Source of the DNA: an uncultured Chloroflexia bacterium
GTDB taxonomy: Bacteria > Chloroflexota > Limnocylindria > Limnocylindrales > CSP1-4
Assembly: GCA_963748625.1 (NCBI GenBank)
Contig: CAVVJT010000010.1
Location: 1,152,001 to 1,216,000, forward strand
Length of the DNA stretch: 64,000 nt
Direction of reading: 5' to 3'
Below the pieces are notes generated by a model. The model ran no database searches. It worked only from the letters and a program-made list of their open reading frames with translations, and was not told the DNA's origin. How positions within the stretch are numbered: the stretch's first letter is position 1; the number at the start of each line of letters is the position of its first letter. Positions 10,033 through 19,969 of this stretch are shown piece after piece. The position numbers were made by a program, and so were the translations under genes.

Positions 10033-10163
10033 AGTCAACGGAAGTCCGCAAACGGGTCGTCCGCCAGCCTGGATCCGGGGCTCTGTTGCGCTGCGGTCAG
10101 CGAATGCCCGCAAACAGGCCGGGGCAGCCCGAATCGCGTCGCCGATACGGGGTTCCGTTGACT
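10033..10163. repeat. ~130-bp MITE/REPIN-like element, copy 1
   Basis: Terminal IR AGTCAACGGAA/TTCCGTTGACT. Homologous to 54655-54784 in inverted orientation. Confidence 0.65.
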
Positions 10164-10177
10164 GTGGCGCACATCCC

Positions 10178-10272
10178 GCGGGGCTCGGGGCTCGGGGCTC
10201 GGGCGCGGGGCTCGGGGTCGCTCGGCGCGGGGCTCGGGGCTCGGGCGCGGGGCTCGGGGCTCGGGCGCGGGC
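10178..10272. repeat. Low-complexity GGGGCTC tandem repeat
   Basis: Repeated GGGGCTC/GGGCGC units. Confidence 0.8.
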
Positions 10273-10309
10273 GCAGGGCTGGTAGCCGCGCCGATGAGCG
10301 AGGAGGCCG

Positions 10310-11074
10310 CTAGAGCCGGCCCGCCTCGATGATCCGGTTCAGGAACTGGCGGGTCCGGGCCTCAGCGGGGTTCGAGAAGATCTGAGCAGGACTCCCCTGC
10401 TCCAGGATCCGCCCTGCATCGAGGAAGCAGACCCGGCTGGCAACCTCCCGGGCGAAGCCCATCTCGTGGGTGGCGATGAGCATCGTCATACCGCCGTCCG
10501 CCAGCTCGCGGACCAGGCTGAGCACCTCCGCCACGAGCTCGGGATCAAGCGCGGACGTGATCTCGTCGAGGAGCAGCAGGTCCGGCTCCATCGCCAGCGC
10601 CCGCACGATCGCCACCCGTTGCTGCTGGCCGCCCGAGAGCTGGTCCGGACGGGCGCCCGCCTTGTCGGCCAGGCCGAACCGCTCGAGCAGGGCGACGCCC
10701 GCCGCCTCGGCGTCGGACCGGGAGCGCTTGAGAACCTTGCGCGGGGCGAGCGTCACGTTGTCCAGCACGCTCATATGCGGGAACAGGTTGAACGCCTGGA
10801 ACACGATCCCGATCCGGCGGCGGATCCGGTTCACGTCCACACCCCGGGCCGTGATCTCCTCGCCCTCGATGAGGATCCGGCCCGCGTCGATCGGCTCGAT
10901 CAGGTTGATGCAGCGCAGGAGCGTGGACTTGCCGCTGCCCGACGCGCCGATGAGCGCGATGACCTCGTGCTCGGCCACCTCGAGGTCGATGCCGCGCAGG
11001 ACCTCGAGCTCCCCGAAGGCCTTGTGGAGGCCGTGGATCGACAGGGCGGGCCCGTCCTCGCTGCTGCCGGTCAC
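10310..11074 (-). CDS. Polar amino-acid ABC transporter ATP-binding protein
   Basis: GASGSGKST, LSGGQQQRVAI, LLLDE and THEMGFA. Confidence 0.95.
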   Translation of the reverse strand: MTGSSEDGPALSIHGLHKAFGELEVLRGIDLEVAEHEVIALIGASGSGKSTLLRCINLIEPIDAGRILIEGEEITARGVDVNRIRRRIGIVFQAFNLFPHMSVLDNVTLAPRKVLKRSRSDAEAAGVALLERFGLADKAGARPDQLSGGQQQRVAIVRALAMEPDLLLLDEITSALDPELVAEVLSLVRELADGGMTMLIATHEMGFAREVASRVCFLDAGRILEQGSPAQIFSNPAEARTRQFLNRIIEAGRL

Positions 11075-12024
11075 GGCACGCCCCCCGCGCCGGCGCCCCC
11101 GCGACCCCGGCCCCAGCCGCCCAGCGTCAGGCCGCTCCGGTTGCCGCGCGCCACCTGCCCCTGGCCCTTGCGTTGTTCGCGGGCGATCAGCCAGTCCGTG
11201 AACCGCGCCAGCGGGATCGTGATCACCAGGAAGATCAGCGCGGTGACCACGTAGGGTGTGAAGTTGAACTTGGCCGCCGAGATGATCTGCGTCTGCTTGA
11301 ACACCTCGACAAGGCCGATGTACGAGACCAGCACCGTGTCCTTCTGCAGGCCGATGAAGTCGTTGAGGAGCGGCGGAATCACGCGCCGGATGGCCTGCGG
11401 CACGATCACGTGGCGCATCGTCTGTACCTGGGAGAGTCCCAGGGAGCGCGCGGCAGCAGACTGGCTGCCGTGGACCGACTCGATCCCTGCCCGGTACACC
11501 TCGGACACGTACGCCGAGTACACGAGTGTGAGCACGACGATCGCCCAGAAGAACTCGTCCTTGGGCACGCCCGGGATGCGCAGGGCGGGCATGCCCAGGC
11601 CCAGGGCCAGGATGATGAGGATCCCCGGGATCGCCCGGAAGATGTCCACGTAGAGCGTGGCCATGATCCGGAAAGGCGTGAAGACGGGGCCCGGAAGGCT
11701 GCGCAGGACCGCGAGCAGCAGGCCGAAGGTGAGGATCAGCACCTCGGCGATGAGGAACAGCTGGACGTTGGTCCAGAACTTCGAGACCAGCTTGGGGACT
11801 GAGTACCAGAAGATCTCAGGGTTGAGGAACGCCTCCTGGACTCGCGGCCAGCCCTCGGAGTTGACGATGACGTAGCCGAGCAGGCCGAAGACGACGACCG
11901 TGGAGACGAGGGCGATCGCTATCGAGCGACCGCCCTCCCCGCCAGTCCCGAACCGGGGCCCCCGCATGGCGCGGGGCGACGGCGCCGACCCCATGGCCGT
12001 GCCGGGGGACCCGTCGGGATCCAT
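11071..12024 (-). CDS. Polar amino-acid ABC transporter permease
   Basis: YVDIFRAIP, AYVSEVYRAGI, AARSLGLS and LQKDT. Confidence 0.95.
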   Translation of the reverse strand: MDPDGSPGTAMGSAPSPRAMRGPRFGTGGEGGRSIAIALVSTVVVFGLLGYVIVNSEGWPRVQEAFLNPEIFWYSVPKLVSKFWTNVQLFLIAEVLILTFGLLLAVLRSLPGPVFTPFRIMATLYVDIFRAIPGILIILALGLGMPALRIPGVPKDEFFWAIVVLTLVYSAYVSEVYRAGIESVHGSQSAAARSLGLSQVQTMRHVIVPQAIRRVIPPLLNDFIGLQKDTVLVSYIGLVEVFKQTQIISAAKFNFTPYVVTALIFLVITIPLARFTDWLIAREQRKGQGQVARGNRSGLTLGGWGRGRGGAGAGGVP

Positions 12025-12054
12025 CGTTCAGTCAGGCCCGCGGGCGGCCGGATG

Positions 12055-13019
12055 TCAGGGCTGGTAGACCGGGGCCTCGACGTTGTCAGACATCTCCGCC
12101 TGGGTGATGCGGTCGAGCTCGCCCGATGACTTGAGCTTGGCGACGGCCTCGTTCACGCATGCGGTGAGCGGGCTGTCCTTGTCCAGGACGACGCTGAAGT
12201 GCTCGCCGCCCTCGGGGGCCGGGAACTGGCCCACGACCTTGCCCTCGGGGAACTGCACGGCAGTGATGAACAGGGCGGTGGGCAGGTCCACCACGAGCCC
12301 GTCGATCTGGCCGTTCTTGAGGGCCTCGACCGCCTGGTCGTTGGTGTCGTAGACCTTGGCATCCTTGGACGGGGCGATCGTGCCCTCGATCAGGGCGAGG
12401 CTGGTGGTGCCGATCTGGGCGCCGAACTGGAAGTCCTTGAGCCCGGAGATGGTCGTGACGCCGGCGAGAGGGCCGTCGGCGGCGGCCACAACCGCTTGCG
12501 CGACGTCGTAGTAGCCGTCGGACAGGTCGACCGCCTGGGCGCGCTCGTCGCTGTAGCTGACCTGGGTCAGGTAGATGTCGAAGTCCTTGGGGCCCGGCCC
12601 GATCGCGTTGGTGAACGGGACCGCCACCCAATCGACGGTGTCGCCGACGAAGCCGAGGTTGCGGGCGATGTTCCACGCGACCTTGCCCTCGAAGCCCTGG
12701 CGGTTGGTCGGGTCACCCAGCTCCCAGGGGTCGGTGGCCGGATCGGACGGCTGGTAGTACGGCGGGTAGGCCGGGTTGTCGGCGCCGATGGTGAGCCTGC
12801 CTGCCGTCTTGGTGGCCAGGTTGGCCGGGATGCAGGCAGCCGACGTGTCGAGCGTGGCGGCCGCGGTCGGGGCCTCTGTGGGCGGCCGTCGTGGCCGCGG
12901 GCGCCTCGGTGGCGGCCGGGGCGCTCGGTGGCGGGAGCGGTGGTGGCCGTGCCACCGGTGCAGGCGGCCGCGAACAGGGCCGCGAGGGCGAGGGCGGTGA
13001 TGCCCTTGGCAGTGCGCAT
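12055..13019 (-). CDS. Polar amino-acid ABC transporter substrate-binding lipoprotein (frameshifts in Pro/Ala linker ~12880-12920)
   Basis: Lipobox FAAAC, PAYPPY, ERAQAVDLSDGYY, GAQIGTT and AGGAGG RBS. Confidence 0.9.
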
Positions 13020-13085
13020 GTGTGTCCTCCTCAGGATTGCGGCGTGAAGTGTACCGGGCGCCACACGCACCGATCCCAACAACGG

Positions 13086-13122
13086 CCGAAGCGACGCCGG
13101 GAGGAGGACGGCGTCGCTTCGG
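13086..13122 (-). terminator. Strong hairpin in the 5' leader of the ABC operon (possible attenuator)
   Basis: CCGAAGCGACGCCG / CGGCGTCGCTTCGG stem, followed on the - strand by CCGTTGTTG. Confidence 0.45.
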
Positions 13123-13352
13123 AGGGTCTGCCGGTTCGGGCGGGAGGAGGGAGGACCGCCGTCGCCGGACCTTGTTCAGGTTGGTCCCGCACCGTGGTGC
13201 GTTGACACAACTGTGGGGTTCCATCGTCCGGGGTGGCACTACCCACAAGTCCTATGGCACCGGGTACTTTGCGGACGCCCCGAGCGGGGTCCCGGCTCGT
13301 TCCCCTGCCGGGTCCAGATGTCGCCTGCCGGGGTGCTCGGTAGACTCCCCCT

Positions 13353-14538
13353 GTGCGCGTGCGGACGATCGAGCTCCGGATCCTGGGGGTGGCGCTGGCC
13401 GGCCTCTGGTTCGTCGCGTTCGCCCTGGTGATGGTCGGGTACCGGCCGGGCGGACCCGCCGACATCCTCGTGGGGCTCATGGCCCTCGGCCCGCTCGTGG
13501 TGGCGCTCGCCGCCATCCGCTGGCCGCCCGTGGCGCGCGGCACCTATCCCGTCATCGCCATCGCCTGGCTCGCGCTGGGCGCCGTCCTGCTCCTGGTCCC
13601 ATCGATCGGCGGGCTCGTCGCCCAGCTCACCGGCAATGGGCCGCAGACCCTCCTGCCGTCGATCGAGGCCGCCTACCCGTGGATCCTCGCGCTGCTCGCC
13701 ACCGGCATGTTCGCCGGCCTCGGCATCGCACGGCGCCGGCTGGGCGAGACGTCGCTGCGGCGCCGGCGCCTGGGCCTGGGCGCGGGCATCGGCGTGCTGC
13801 TCGCGGTCCTCGCCGGGTCGCGGGTTCGCGGCAGCGGCCATCGGCAACGAGCTCGCCCTCGCCGACCGGCCCGCGATCGCCTCGCGCTTCGGGCCCACGG
13901 ACCCGTCCCTGGATCCGCCGCCCTGTTCGGGCGCCGTGTCGATCGGCTCGACGGCGCGCGTCAAGCTCGTGATGGACTCCTCGATCGACGGGCGGTACGC
14001 GGGCTCAGTGCGGCTCGAGGGCATCCGGGACGGCGCCGACGTGGCCTGGACCGGGTTCGCGGCATCCCGGACAACCCTCGGCCAGCACGGACTGGTGCGC
14101 CTCGCGGGGACGGTGTGGGAGCAGCAACCCGGCACCCAGTGGGACCGCAGCGAGACGTTCCGCGGCGACGGCCAGGACCTCGACCGCCAGCTCGGCCTCG
14201 TCGCGCTCCAGGCGGCCAACCGGACGGCCGCCGAGGACCGCGGCCTCGCCTTCATCGAGGGGGCGCGTGCCCGCCACTGCCGGATCGCACTGGACGGTGC
14301 CACCCTCCGGTCCGCTCTGCCCCAGATCTCGCTGCTGGTCGGGACCACGGATGTGCGCCTCTGGCGTGGCTACCTGGACTTCTGGATCTTCGCCGACGGC
14401 CAGCTGGGGCAGGCCGACGGCAGGATCGAGGGCCCGGCGGCCGATCTCGACCCCGACGCGCTGCTGGCCGACATCCGCTTCCGCATGCTGGCGATCGACC
14501 GCGGCCTGCCGGTCACGGTGATGGCCCCGGCGCGATGA
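13353..14538 (+). CDS. Multi-TM membrane protein with C-terminal extracytoplasmic beta-rich domain (frameshift ~13822)
   Basis: About 5 TM helices in the 13353 frame, continuing as FAAAAIGNELALADRP in the 13636 frame. Confidence 0.7.
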
Positions 14539-14654
14539 CGGCGCCGGCCCCCGCGATGACGGAGCCGGCCCCGGCGACGGTGACCCGGAGTGGCGGCCCC
14601 CGCGCGGTGATCGCGAACGGGCATCATGCACATGAGGACGAGGAGGGACGCCGC

Positions 14655-15657
14655 ATGACAGACGAGATGCCGGGCGATGTGCGCGCGAAGCAGGACCGGA
14701 CTGCGCGCCTGCTGAACACCGTCGCGATCCTGCAGGGGTACGGCGAGGCCGGCGTGACCCCCAACGAGATCGCCGCCCGCACCGGCGTCGCCCGCCGGAC
14801 CGTCTACCGCGACCTGCAGCGCCATCGAGGGCGAGCTGCAGCTCTCGGTCTGGGCAAAGGGCGGGCGCTGGGGCGTCAACGACGAGAACTGGCTGCCGCC
14901 GCTCAAGCTCACGCTGCCCGAGGCGCTGGCGGTGTTCCTCTCGGCGCGGCTGGTCGGGCGGTTCATGGACCGCAACGACCCGACGCTGGCCTCGGCGTTC
15001 ACCAAGCTCGAGCGGGCCGTGCCCAACAAGGCGCTCGCGGCAGCGATCGAGGGCACGGTGCGGGAGATGGCGGCCCGGCCGCTGGACGCCGCGTCCGCAC
15101 GCACGCTCGAGGACCTCACGCGCGCCTGGGCGGCGCGGCGCGAGGTGGAGTTCGACTACGCGCCCGCGTTGTACGGGGCCGCCGAGCGCCCCGTGGAGCG
15201 GCGTCATGTCCGGCCCTACCAGTTGGAGCCGTCCCTCGCCACCCGCGCGCTGTACCTCATCGGGCACGACGTCGGCCGCGGCGCGACGCGGACGTTCAAG
15301 GTCGAACGCATCAGCAACCTCGTGCTGCGGCCACAGACGTTCAACGAGCCCGAGGCGGATGTCCTCGACCGGCTGCGCGGAGCCTGGGACATCATCGCCG
15401 ACCAGCCCGGCGCCGAGGTGGTGCTGCGCTTTGCGCCGACGGTCGCGGCCCGCGTGATGGAGGCGACCTGGCATCCGACCCAGGAGCTCGACGAGCTGCC
15501 CGACGGCTCGCTGGAGTGGCGCGCGACGGTGTCGGGTACGGTCGAGATCAAGCTCTGGATCCTGTCCTGGGGCGCCGACGTGGAGGTGGTTGCACCGGCC
15601 GCGCTCCGCGACGAGGTGGCGGACACGCTGCGGATGGCCGCTTCCCAGTACGAATGA
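14655..15657 (+). CDS. HTH-WYL-WCX transcriptional regulator (PafB/C-like, frameshift ~14820)
   Basis: RTARLL...IAARTGVARRTVYRDL HTH, RHVRPYQL, LYLIG, RTFKVERI and WILSWGADVEVVAPAALR. AGGAGG RBS. Confidence 0.9.
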
Positions 15658-15725
15658 GGGACGGCGGGATCGGGTGGGCTGGGGTACCCTCCGCCCGTCC
15701 GCACGGCCCGCGGACCGCACCAGGA

Positions 15726-16544
15726 ATGCCCGTGACCCGCCTCTTCCACCGCCGCGCCTTCCGCCGGCTCGCGCTGGTGCTCGCCGCGCTCGTCGTGGCC
15801 GTCTCCGCCGGCGCCGTCCGGCCCGCACCGGTGGCCGCCGACACGGCGTCGGACATGGAGGCGTTGATCCTGCGGGCGATGAACGAGGACCGGGCGGCAC
15901 GAGGGCTGGTCCCGTACCGCGGCTGGGACGCGCTTGCCGACCTGGCAGCCGGGCGGGCCGCCAACATGGCCGCCCGCAACACCCTCTCCCACACCGCCGC
16001 GGGCGGCGACCTCGGCGCAGCGCTCGAGGCGCGCGGCATCGCCTGGTTCGGGTTTGGCGAGACCATCGGCGTCAGCGGCTATCCGTGGGGTGCGGAGGCT
16101 GCGCGAGACATCTACCGCCTCTGGAAGGGCAGCAAGGCCCACGAGGCGATCATGTTCAGCAGCACCTACAACTACGCCGACGTGGGTGTGGTCCAGGGCA
16201 GCGACGGCAAGGCCTGGATCTCGGCGGTGTACGCGGAGTCGGCTGATCACACGGCCCCCGTCGCCCGCAGCGGCTCGCTGAGCCGAGACGGACGGACGGT
16301 CTGGTTCTCCTTCTCCGGCTTCGACCCACGACTCCAGACGCGCACCGCCGGCCTGCGCTCCTTCGACGTCCAACTGCGTCGGGATGACGGCGCCTGGAGG
16401 ACGGTGCGCGACGACATCACGAGGACGACGGTCCGGTTCAAGGATCGGGCCCGTGGCCACTGGTACAGCGTCCGCGTCCAGGCGGCGGACCGGCGGGGTA
16501 CGCTGTCGCCGTGGACGATCGAGAAGAGGATCTGGGTTCCCTGA
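15726..16544 (+). CDS. Secreted CAP/SCP-domain protein with C-terminal FN3-like domain
   Basis: Signal peptide, MNEDRAARGL, MAARNTLSH, GETIG, WKGSKAHEAIM and YSVRVQAADRRGTLSPW. Confidence 0.85.
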   Translation: MPVTRLFHRRAFRRLALVLAALVVAVSAGAVRPAPVAADTASDMEALILRAMNEDRAARGLVPYRGWDALADLAAGRAANMAARNTLSHTAAGGDLGAALEARGIAWFGFGETIGVSGYPWGAEAARDIYRLWKGSKAHEAIMFSSTYNYADVGVVQGSDGKAWISAVYAESADHTAPVARSGSLSRDGRTVWFSFSGFDPRLQTRTAGLRSFDVQLRRDDGAWRTVRDDITRTTVRFKDRARGHWYSVRVQAADRRGTLSPWTIEKRIWVP

Positions 16545-16552
16545 CGGACCCG

Positions 16553-18010
16553 ATGACGCCCGGCACGGACGCCGCGACCGCGACATCCGCCGCCGGGGGG
16601 CGCACGGGCCGGAGGCACACCTTCGCCGCGGTCAACCTCATCTCCGACCCGATCCACGGGTACGTCGAGCTCAGCAAGCGGCTTGCTCCTGACCAGGCGC
16701 GCGCCGCCGGCCTCGCCGAGGAGGACGTGGCCGAGGACGACCTGCTCGACACCGCCTGGCTCCAACGCCTGCGGCGGATCTCCCAGCTGCAGTCGGCCCG
16801 GTGGGTGTTCCCCACCGCGGAGCACTCGCGGTTCACGCACGGCCTGGGGGTGATGCACGAGGCCGGGCTGTGGGCACGGTCGCTGTATCCGTCGCTGCGG
16901 GCTGTGCTGCCGGCGCTTGCTCCGGGTGCCCCCGTGCCGTCCGAGGGGCTGGTCGTGGAGACGCTCCGGATCGCCGGCCTCCTGCACGACGTGGGGCACG
17001 GGCCGTTCGCGCACTTCTTCGACGACCGGTTCCTGGCGTCCTTCCCGGCGCCCGTGGACCCGCGCCGGCCGGGCGCGAAGTCGCTGTCGCACGAGGACCT
17101 CGGCCAGCTGATCATCGAGCGGGAGCTGGGGCCGCTGATCGCCGGGCTGCGGCGGGCGCCGGGCTCCGTGGCGGAGCGGGACCGGTTCGCGGACGGCGAG
17201 GCGATCGAGCCGCGCTGGGTGTCGTTCCTGATCTCGAAGCCACCGCTCGTGGACCCCTCGATGCCGGCCTGGGTCCGCCTGCTCCAGCCGCTGCTGTCGG
17301 GTGTGTTCACGGTGGACAACCTGGACTACGTGCGGCGGGACGCGTACCTGACGGGCGTGTCGATGGGCCCGGTGGACGCGGAGCGGCTGCGGCGCTACTG
17401 CTTCATCTCGGAGCGGGGCCTGACGCTGTACGAGTCCGGCGTGGGTGCGCTGGAGATGTTCCTGACCGCGCGGCTGTTCATGTACCGGCACGTGTACCTG
17501 CACCGGACGGTGCGGGCGATCGACATCGACCTGGCCGAGGTCTTCGCGCCATCGATCGTCGCAGTGTTCGGCGAGGGATCGCCGGCCGAGCGGCTGGGTG
17601 CGTTCGCGGACCTCGACGAGTACGCGCTGCTCCACCAGGCGGCGCTGTGGGTGCGCGGGGAGCGGGTGTCCGCGGCTCCGGTGCCGGGCGACGGGACCGT
17701 GCGCCAGGAGGTGGCTGATGGCTGGCGGGCGATCCTGCTGCGCAAGCCGCGCTGGCGGACCGAGCGCGAGGTGCACGCCGAGCAGGATTCGCCCGAATGG
17801 CCTCCGGCGCTGCTGGCGGAGCTGGGATCGGCGGAGCCCGGGCGGGTCGTGCTGGACCTGACCGGCGTCGATGCGCGGCCGGGGGCGGGCAGGGCGCCCA
17901 CGCTGGTGATCGAGCGGCGGGACGGCGAGGCCGGTCCGGAGCTGGATGCGGCGCTGGCGCGGGTGCCCGCGTGGTCGCTGGTGGGACGGCGGTACCGGCG
18001 GGTCGGGTAG
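16553..18010 (+). CDS. HD-domain phosphohydrolase (SAMHD1/dNTP triphosphohydrolase-like)
   Basis: DPIHGYV, QRLRRISQL, HSRFTHGLG, LLHDVGHGPFAH, DNLDYVRRD and VYLHRTVR. Confidence 0.9.
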   Translation: MTPGTDAATATSAAGGRTGRRHTFAAVNLISDPIHGYVELSKRLAPDQARAAGLAEEDVAEDDLLDTAWLQRLRRISQLQSARWVFPTAEHSRFTHGLGVMHEAGLWARSLYPSLRAVLPALAPGAPVPSEGLVVETLRIAGLLHDVGHGPFAHFFDDRFLASFPAPVDPRRPGAKSLSHEDLGQLIIERELGPLIAGLRRAPGSVAERDRFADGEAIEPRWVSFLISKPPLVDPSMPAWVRLLQPLLSGVFTVDNLDYVRRDAYLTGVSMGPVDAERLRRYCFISERGLTLYESGVGALEMFLTARLFMYRHVYLHRTVRAIDIDLAEVFAPSIVAVFGEGSPAERLGAFADLDEYALLHQAALWVRGERVSAAPVPGDGTVRQEVADGWRAILLRKPRWRTEREVHAEQDSPEWPPALLAELGSAEPGRVVLDLTGVDARPGAGRAPTLVIERRDGEAGPELDAALARVPAWSLVGRRYRRVG

Positions 18011-18064
18011 CGGTCGGCGCGGGTCAGGTCGGCGCGGGTCGGGTACCGGTCGGCGCGGGTCAGG
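17996..18064. repeat. Short tandem GGTCGGCGCGGGTC repeats between convergent genes
   Basis: Unit seen three times. Confidence 0.7.
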
Positions 18065-19061
18065 GCACCGCGGCGGGCTTCGGGCTCGCTGACGCGTCGG
18101 CCTTCGGCTTCTTCGGGGCGTTGATCCCAGCCCGTGGCGGAAGCACCTTGAGCGGATCGACCCGCGCGATCTGCTCCTTGGGGAGCTTCATCCGCTTCAC
18201 GACATCGGGCTTGATCCGGAAGGTGGCCATCTCCCACGGCGAGAACAGGCCGTAATGGAGGTGGCAGCCCGAAGCGCGCCCTGTCATCCCCTCGTTGCCA
18301 AGCAGCTGGCCGGCCTTCACGACATCGCCCTTCTTGACGGTGATCCGCCACATGTGGGCGTACATGCTCCGGTAGCCGTTGCCGTCGTCGATGACGATCA
18401 CGATCGGCAGCTGCGGCCACAGGTGCTGGCGATCCAGTCGGTTGTAGTAGGGCTCCAGGTCGCCGGTCCAGCCCATCGCGTCGTCATAGTGACGACCTGC
18501 CGCGAGCACCGTGCCCGAGTGCGCGGCCAGGATTCGGTCGTTGCAGAACGTCGCGAGGTCGACGCCGTCATGGAACGGCTCCCCGTTGACGAGGCGCGAG
18601 CCCCAGGACGTGGGCCCGAACGGCAGCGTGAGGCGAGGATGAGCGAGGGGCCAGCGGTAGCCGTCGAGGGTGTCGATCGCAGGTGCGCGGGTACCGGTCC
18701 ACTCGACCCAGGCACGCTCGGGCGGGACGCCGTGGGGCGTGCTGCCGGTGGCAGGCAGGGCAGCGGCGATGGGCGGCGGGGGTGCAGTGGGGATGGCCGG
18801 GGTGGCTATTGGATCGGCCGATGGCGCCGTCGTTGCAGCTGCGGCCACGGCGATCTCGAGCGTGGCGGGTGAGCCGGCGGGCGTGGGCTCCTGGCCGGAG
18901 ACCGCCTGGCCGACCGGTGTGGCCGACCGCGACCCGGTGACGCCGGCAGCCACGGGGATCACCAGCAGGACTGCGAGCCCAGCAGCGGCACCGAGCAGGA
19001 GGGGGCGCGCGATGATGCGGCGCTGGCGCCGGGCGTGGGGGAACCGGTCGTGACGGGGCAC
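18060..19061 (-). CDS. M23 family metallopeptidase
   Basis: HDGVD, YAH, GNEGMTGRASGCHLHYG and an N-terminal TM segment. Confidence 0.9.
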   Translation of the reverse strand: MPRHDRFPHARRQRRIIARPLLLGAAAGLAVLLVIPVAAGVTGSRSATPVGQAVSGQEPTPAGSPATLEIAVAAAATTAPSADPIATPAIPTAPPPPIAAALPATGSTPHGVPPERAWVEWTGTRAPAIDTLDGYRWPLAHPRLTLPFGPTSWGSRLVNGEPFHDGVDLATFCNDRILAAHSGTVLAAGRHYDDAMGWTGDLEPYYNRLDRQHLWPQLPIVIVIDDGNGYRSMYAHMWRITVKKGDVVKAGQLLGNEGMTGRASGCHLHYGLFSPWEMATFRIKPDVVKRMKLPKEQIARVDPLKVLPPRAGINAPKKPKADASASPKPAAVP

Positions 19062-19250
19062 TCGCGGATTGTGCCGTACATGGGTCGGGGGTGTCGGGCC
19101 GGCGCGCGAGGCAACCGAGGCTGAGCGCCGCGCAACGTGCCTGCATTTGACGGAATCGGGCCGAGGGCCGATGGTGGGGGTCCTAGTCGCCAGTTGTGCC
19201 GGGCTCTCATTCGCCGGTCCGTAGCACGCGACGGATCGGTTTCCCCGCAC

Positions 19251-19538
19251 ATGTCCCGTACCTCCTTTGCTTCCCCTGCCTCGCGCATCGTCGTGAGCAC
19301 CGACGGCTACTTCGACGTCTATGCGCCTGCCGGGCGCCCGACCGATGACAAGCCCGCATACCGCGGTGGACTGTCCGAGCTCGGCACCGGCATCCGCGGT
19401 CTCGACGACCGCCTGGCGGTCCGGCCCGACTCCGCCTTTCTCGCGAACGCCGTCCGTGACTGGTCAGCCGCCAACGGCAGCGCTGCGGTCAGGGGCGAGC
19501 TCGGCGGCGGCCGCGACGGCTCCGATCCCGTGGCGTAG
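19251..19538 (+). CDS. Hypothetical protein
   Basis: 95-aa ORF with plausible codon use. TTGACG-N17-GATGGT promoter at ~19147-19175. Confidence 0.5.
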   Translation: MSRTSFASPASRIVVSTDGYFDVYAPAGRPTDDKPAYRGGLSELGTGIRGLDDRLAVRPDSAFLANAVRDWSAANGSAAVRGELGGGRDGSDPVA

Positions 19539-19607
19539 AGCACGCGCCAGTAGGGGCCCGCGCCTGTCCGGCCCTGGCTCGAGGGCCGGGTATGATCGTG
19601 CCGTCGC

Positions 19608-19683
19608 GCGCCCGTAGCTCAGTGGATAGAGCACCTGACTTCGGATCAGGTGGTCGGGGGTTCGAATCCCTCCGGGCGCGCCA
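19608..19683 (+). tRNA. tRNA-Arg, anticodon UCG, with encoded CCA
   Basis: Acceptor GCGCCCG/CGGGCGC, D arm GCTC..GAGC, anticodon stem CCTGA-CTTCGGA-TCAGG, T loop GGTTCGAATCC. TATGAT -10 at 19591. Confidence 0.97.
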
Positions 19684-19969
19684 TGTCATGAGTCGCGACA
19701 TGTGCGACACATGAGTCGCGACATCTGCGACACATGGAGTCAGCCGGTCGCCTGGGACCCCGGCCATCGGCCGGGGTCTCTTCGCGGGCGAGGAGCCGCT
19801 GGAGGTGGCCCCGGCTGAGGTGGCACTCCGCTGCGGCGGCGGTGACGGACAGCTGCCCTGAGACGACCTTGAGGACGGCCACGCGGTGCTTCGACATGGC
19901 CGGGACTGTCACGCATGTCCCGACTCATGTGTGCCCTATCAGGTGTCACCTATGTCGTGGACTCTGACA
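19684..19969 (-). mobile_element. Internally deleted IS481-family element (MITE) inserted at the tRNA CCA end with a 15-bp target duplication
   Basis: TGT...ACA ends with imperfect IR (TGTCATGAGTCGCGACAT vs TGTCAGAGTCCACGACAT) and repeated subterminal motifs. Transposase N-terminus MSKHRVAVLKVV..LSVTAAA is fused to the C-terminus RDPGRWPGSQATG. Flanked by CCTCCGGGCGCGCCA at 19669-19683 and 19970-19984. Confidence 0.8.

Noticed and set aside
5010-15657. Programmed ribosomal frameshifting in the cyclase, ABC SBP and WYL genes
   Set aside because: No slippery heptamers seen, and indels are scattered across unrelated genes, consistent with sequencing error.
13353-16544. 1063-aa ORF as a single fusion protein
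   Set aside because: It strings together the membrane-protein N-terminus, the WYL HTH and the CAP gene through off-frame stretches. This is an artefact of frameshifts and stop-poor GC-rich DNA.
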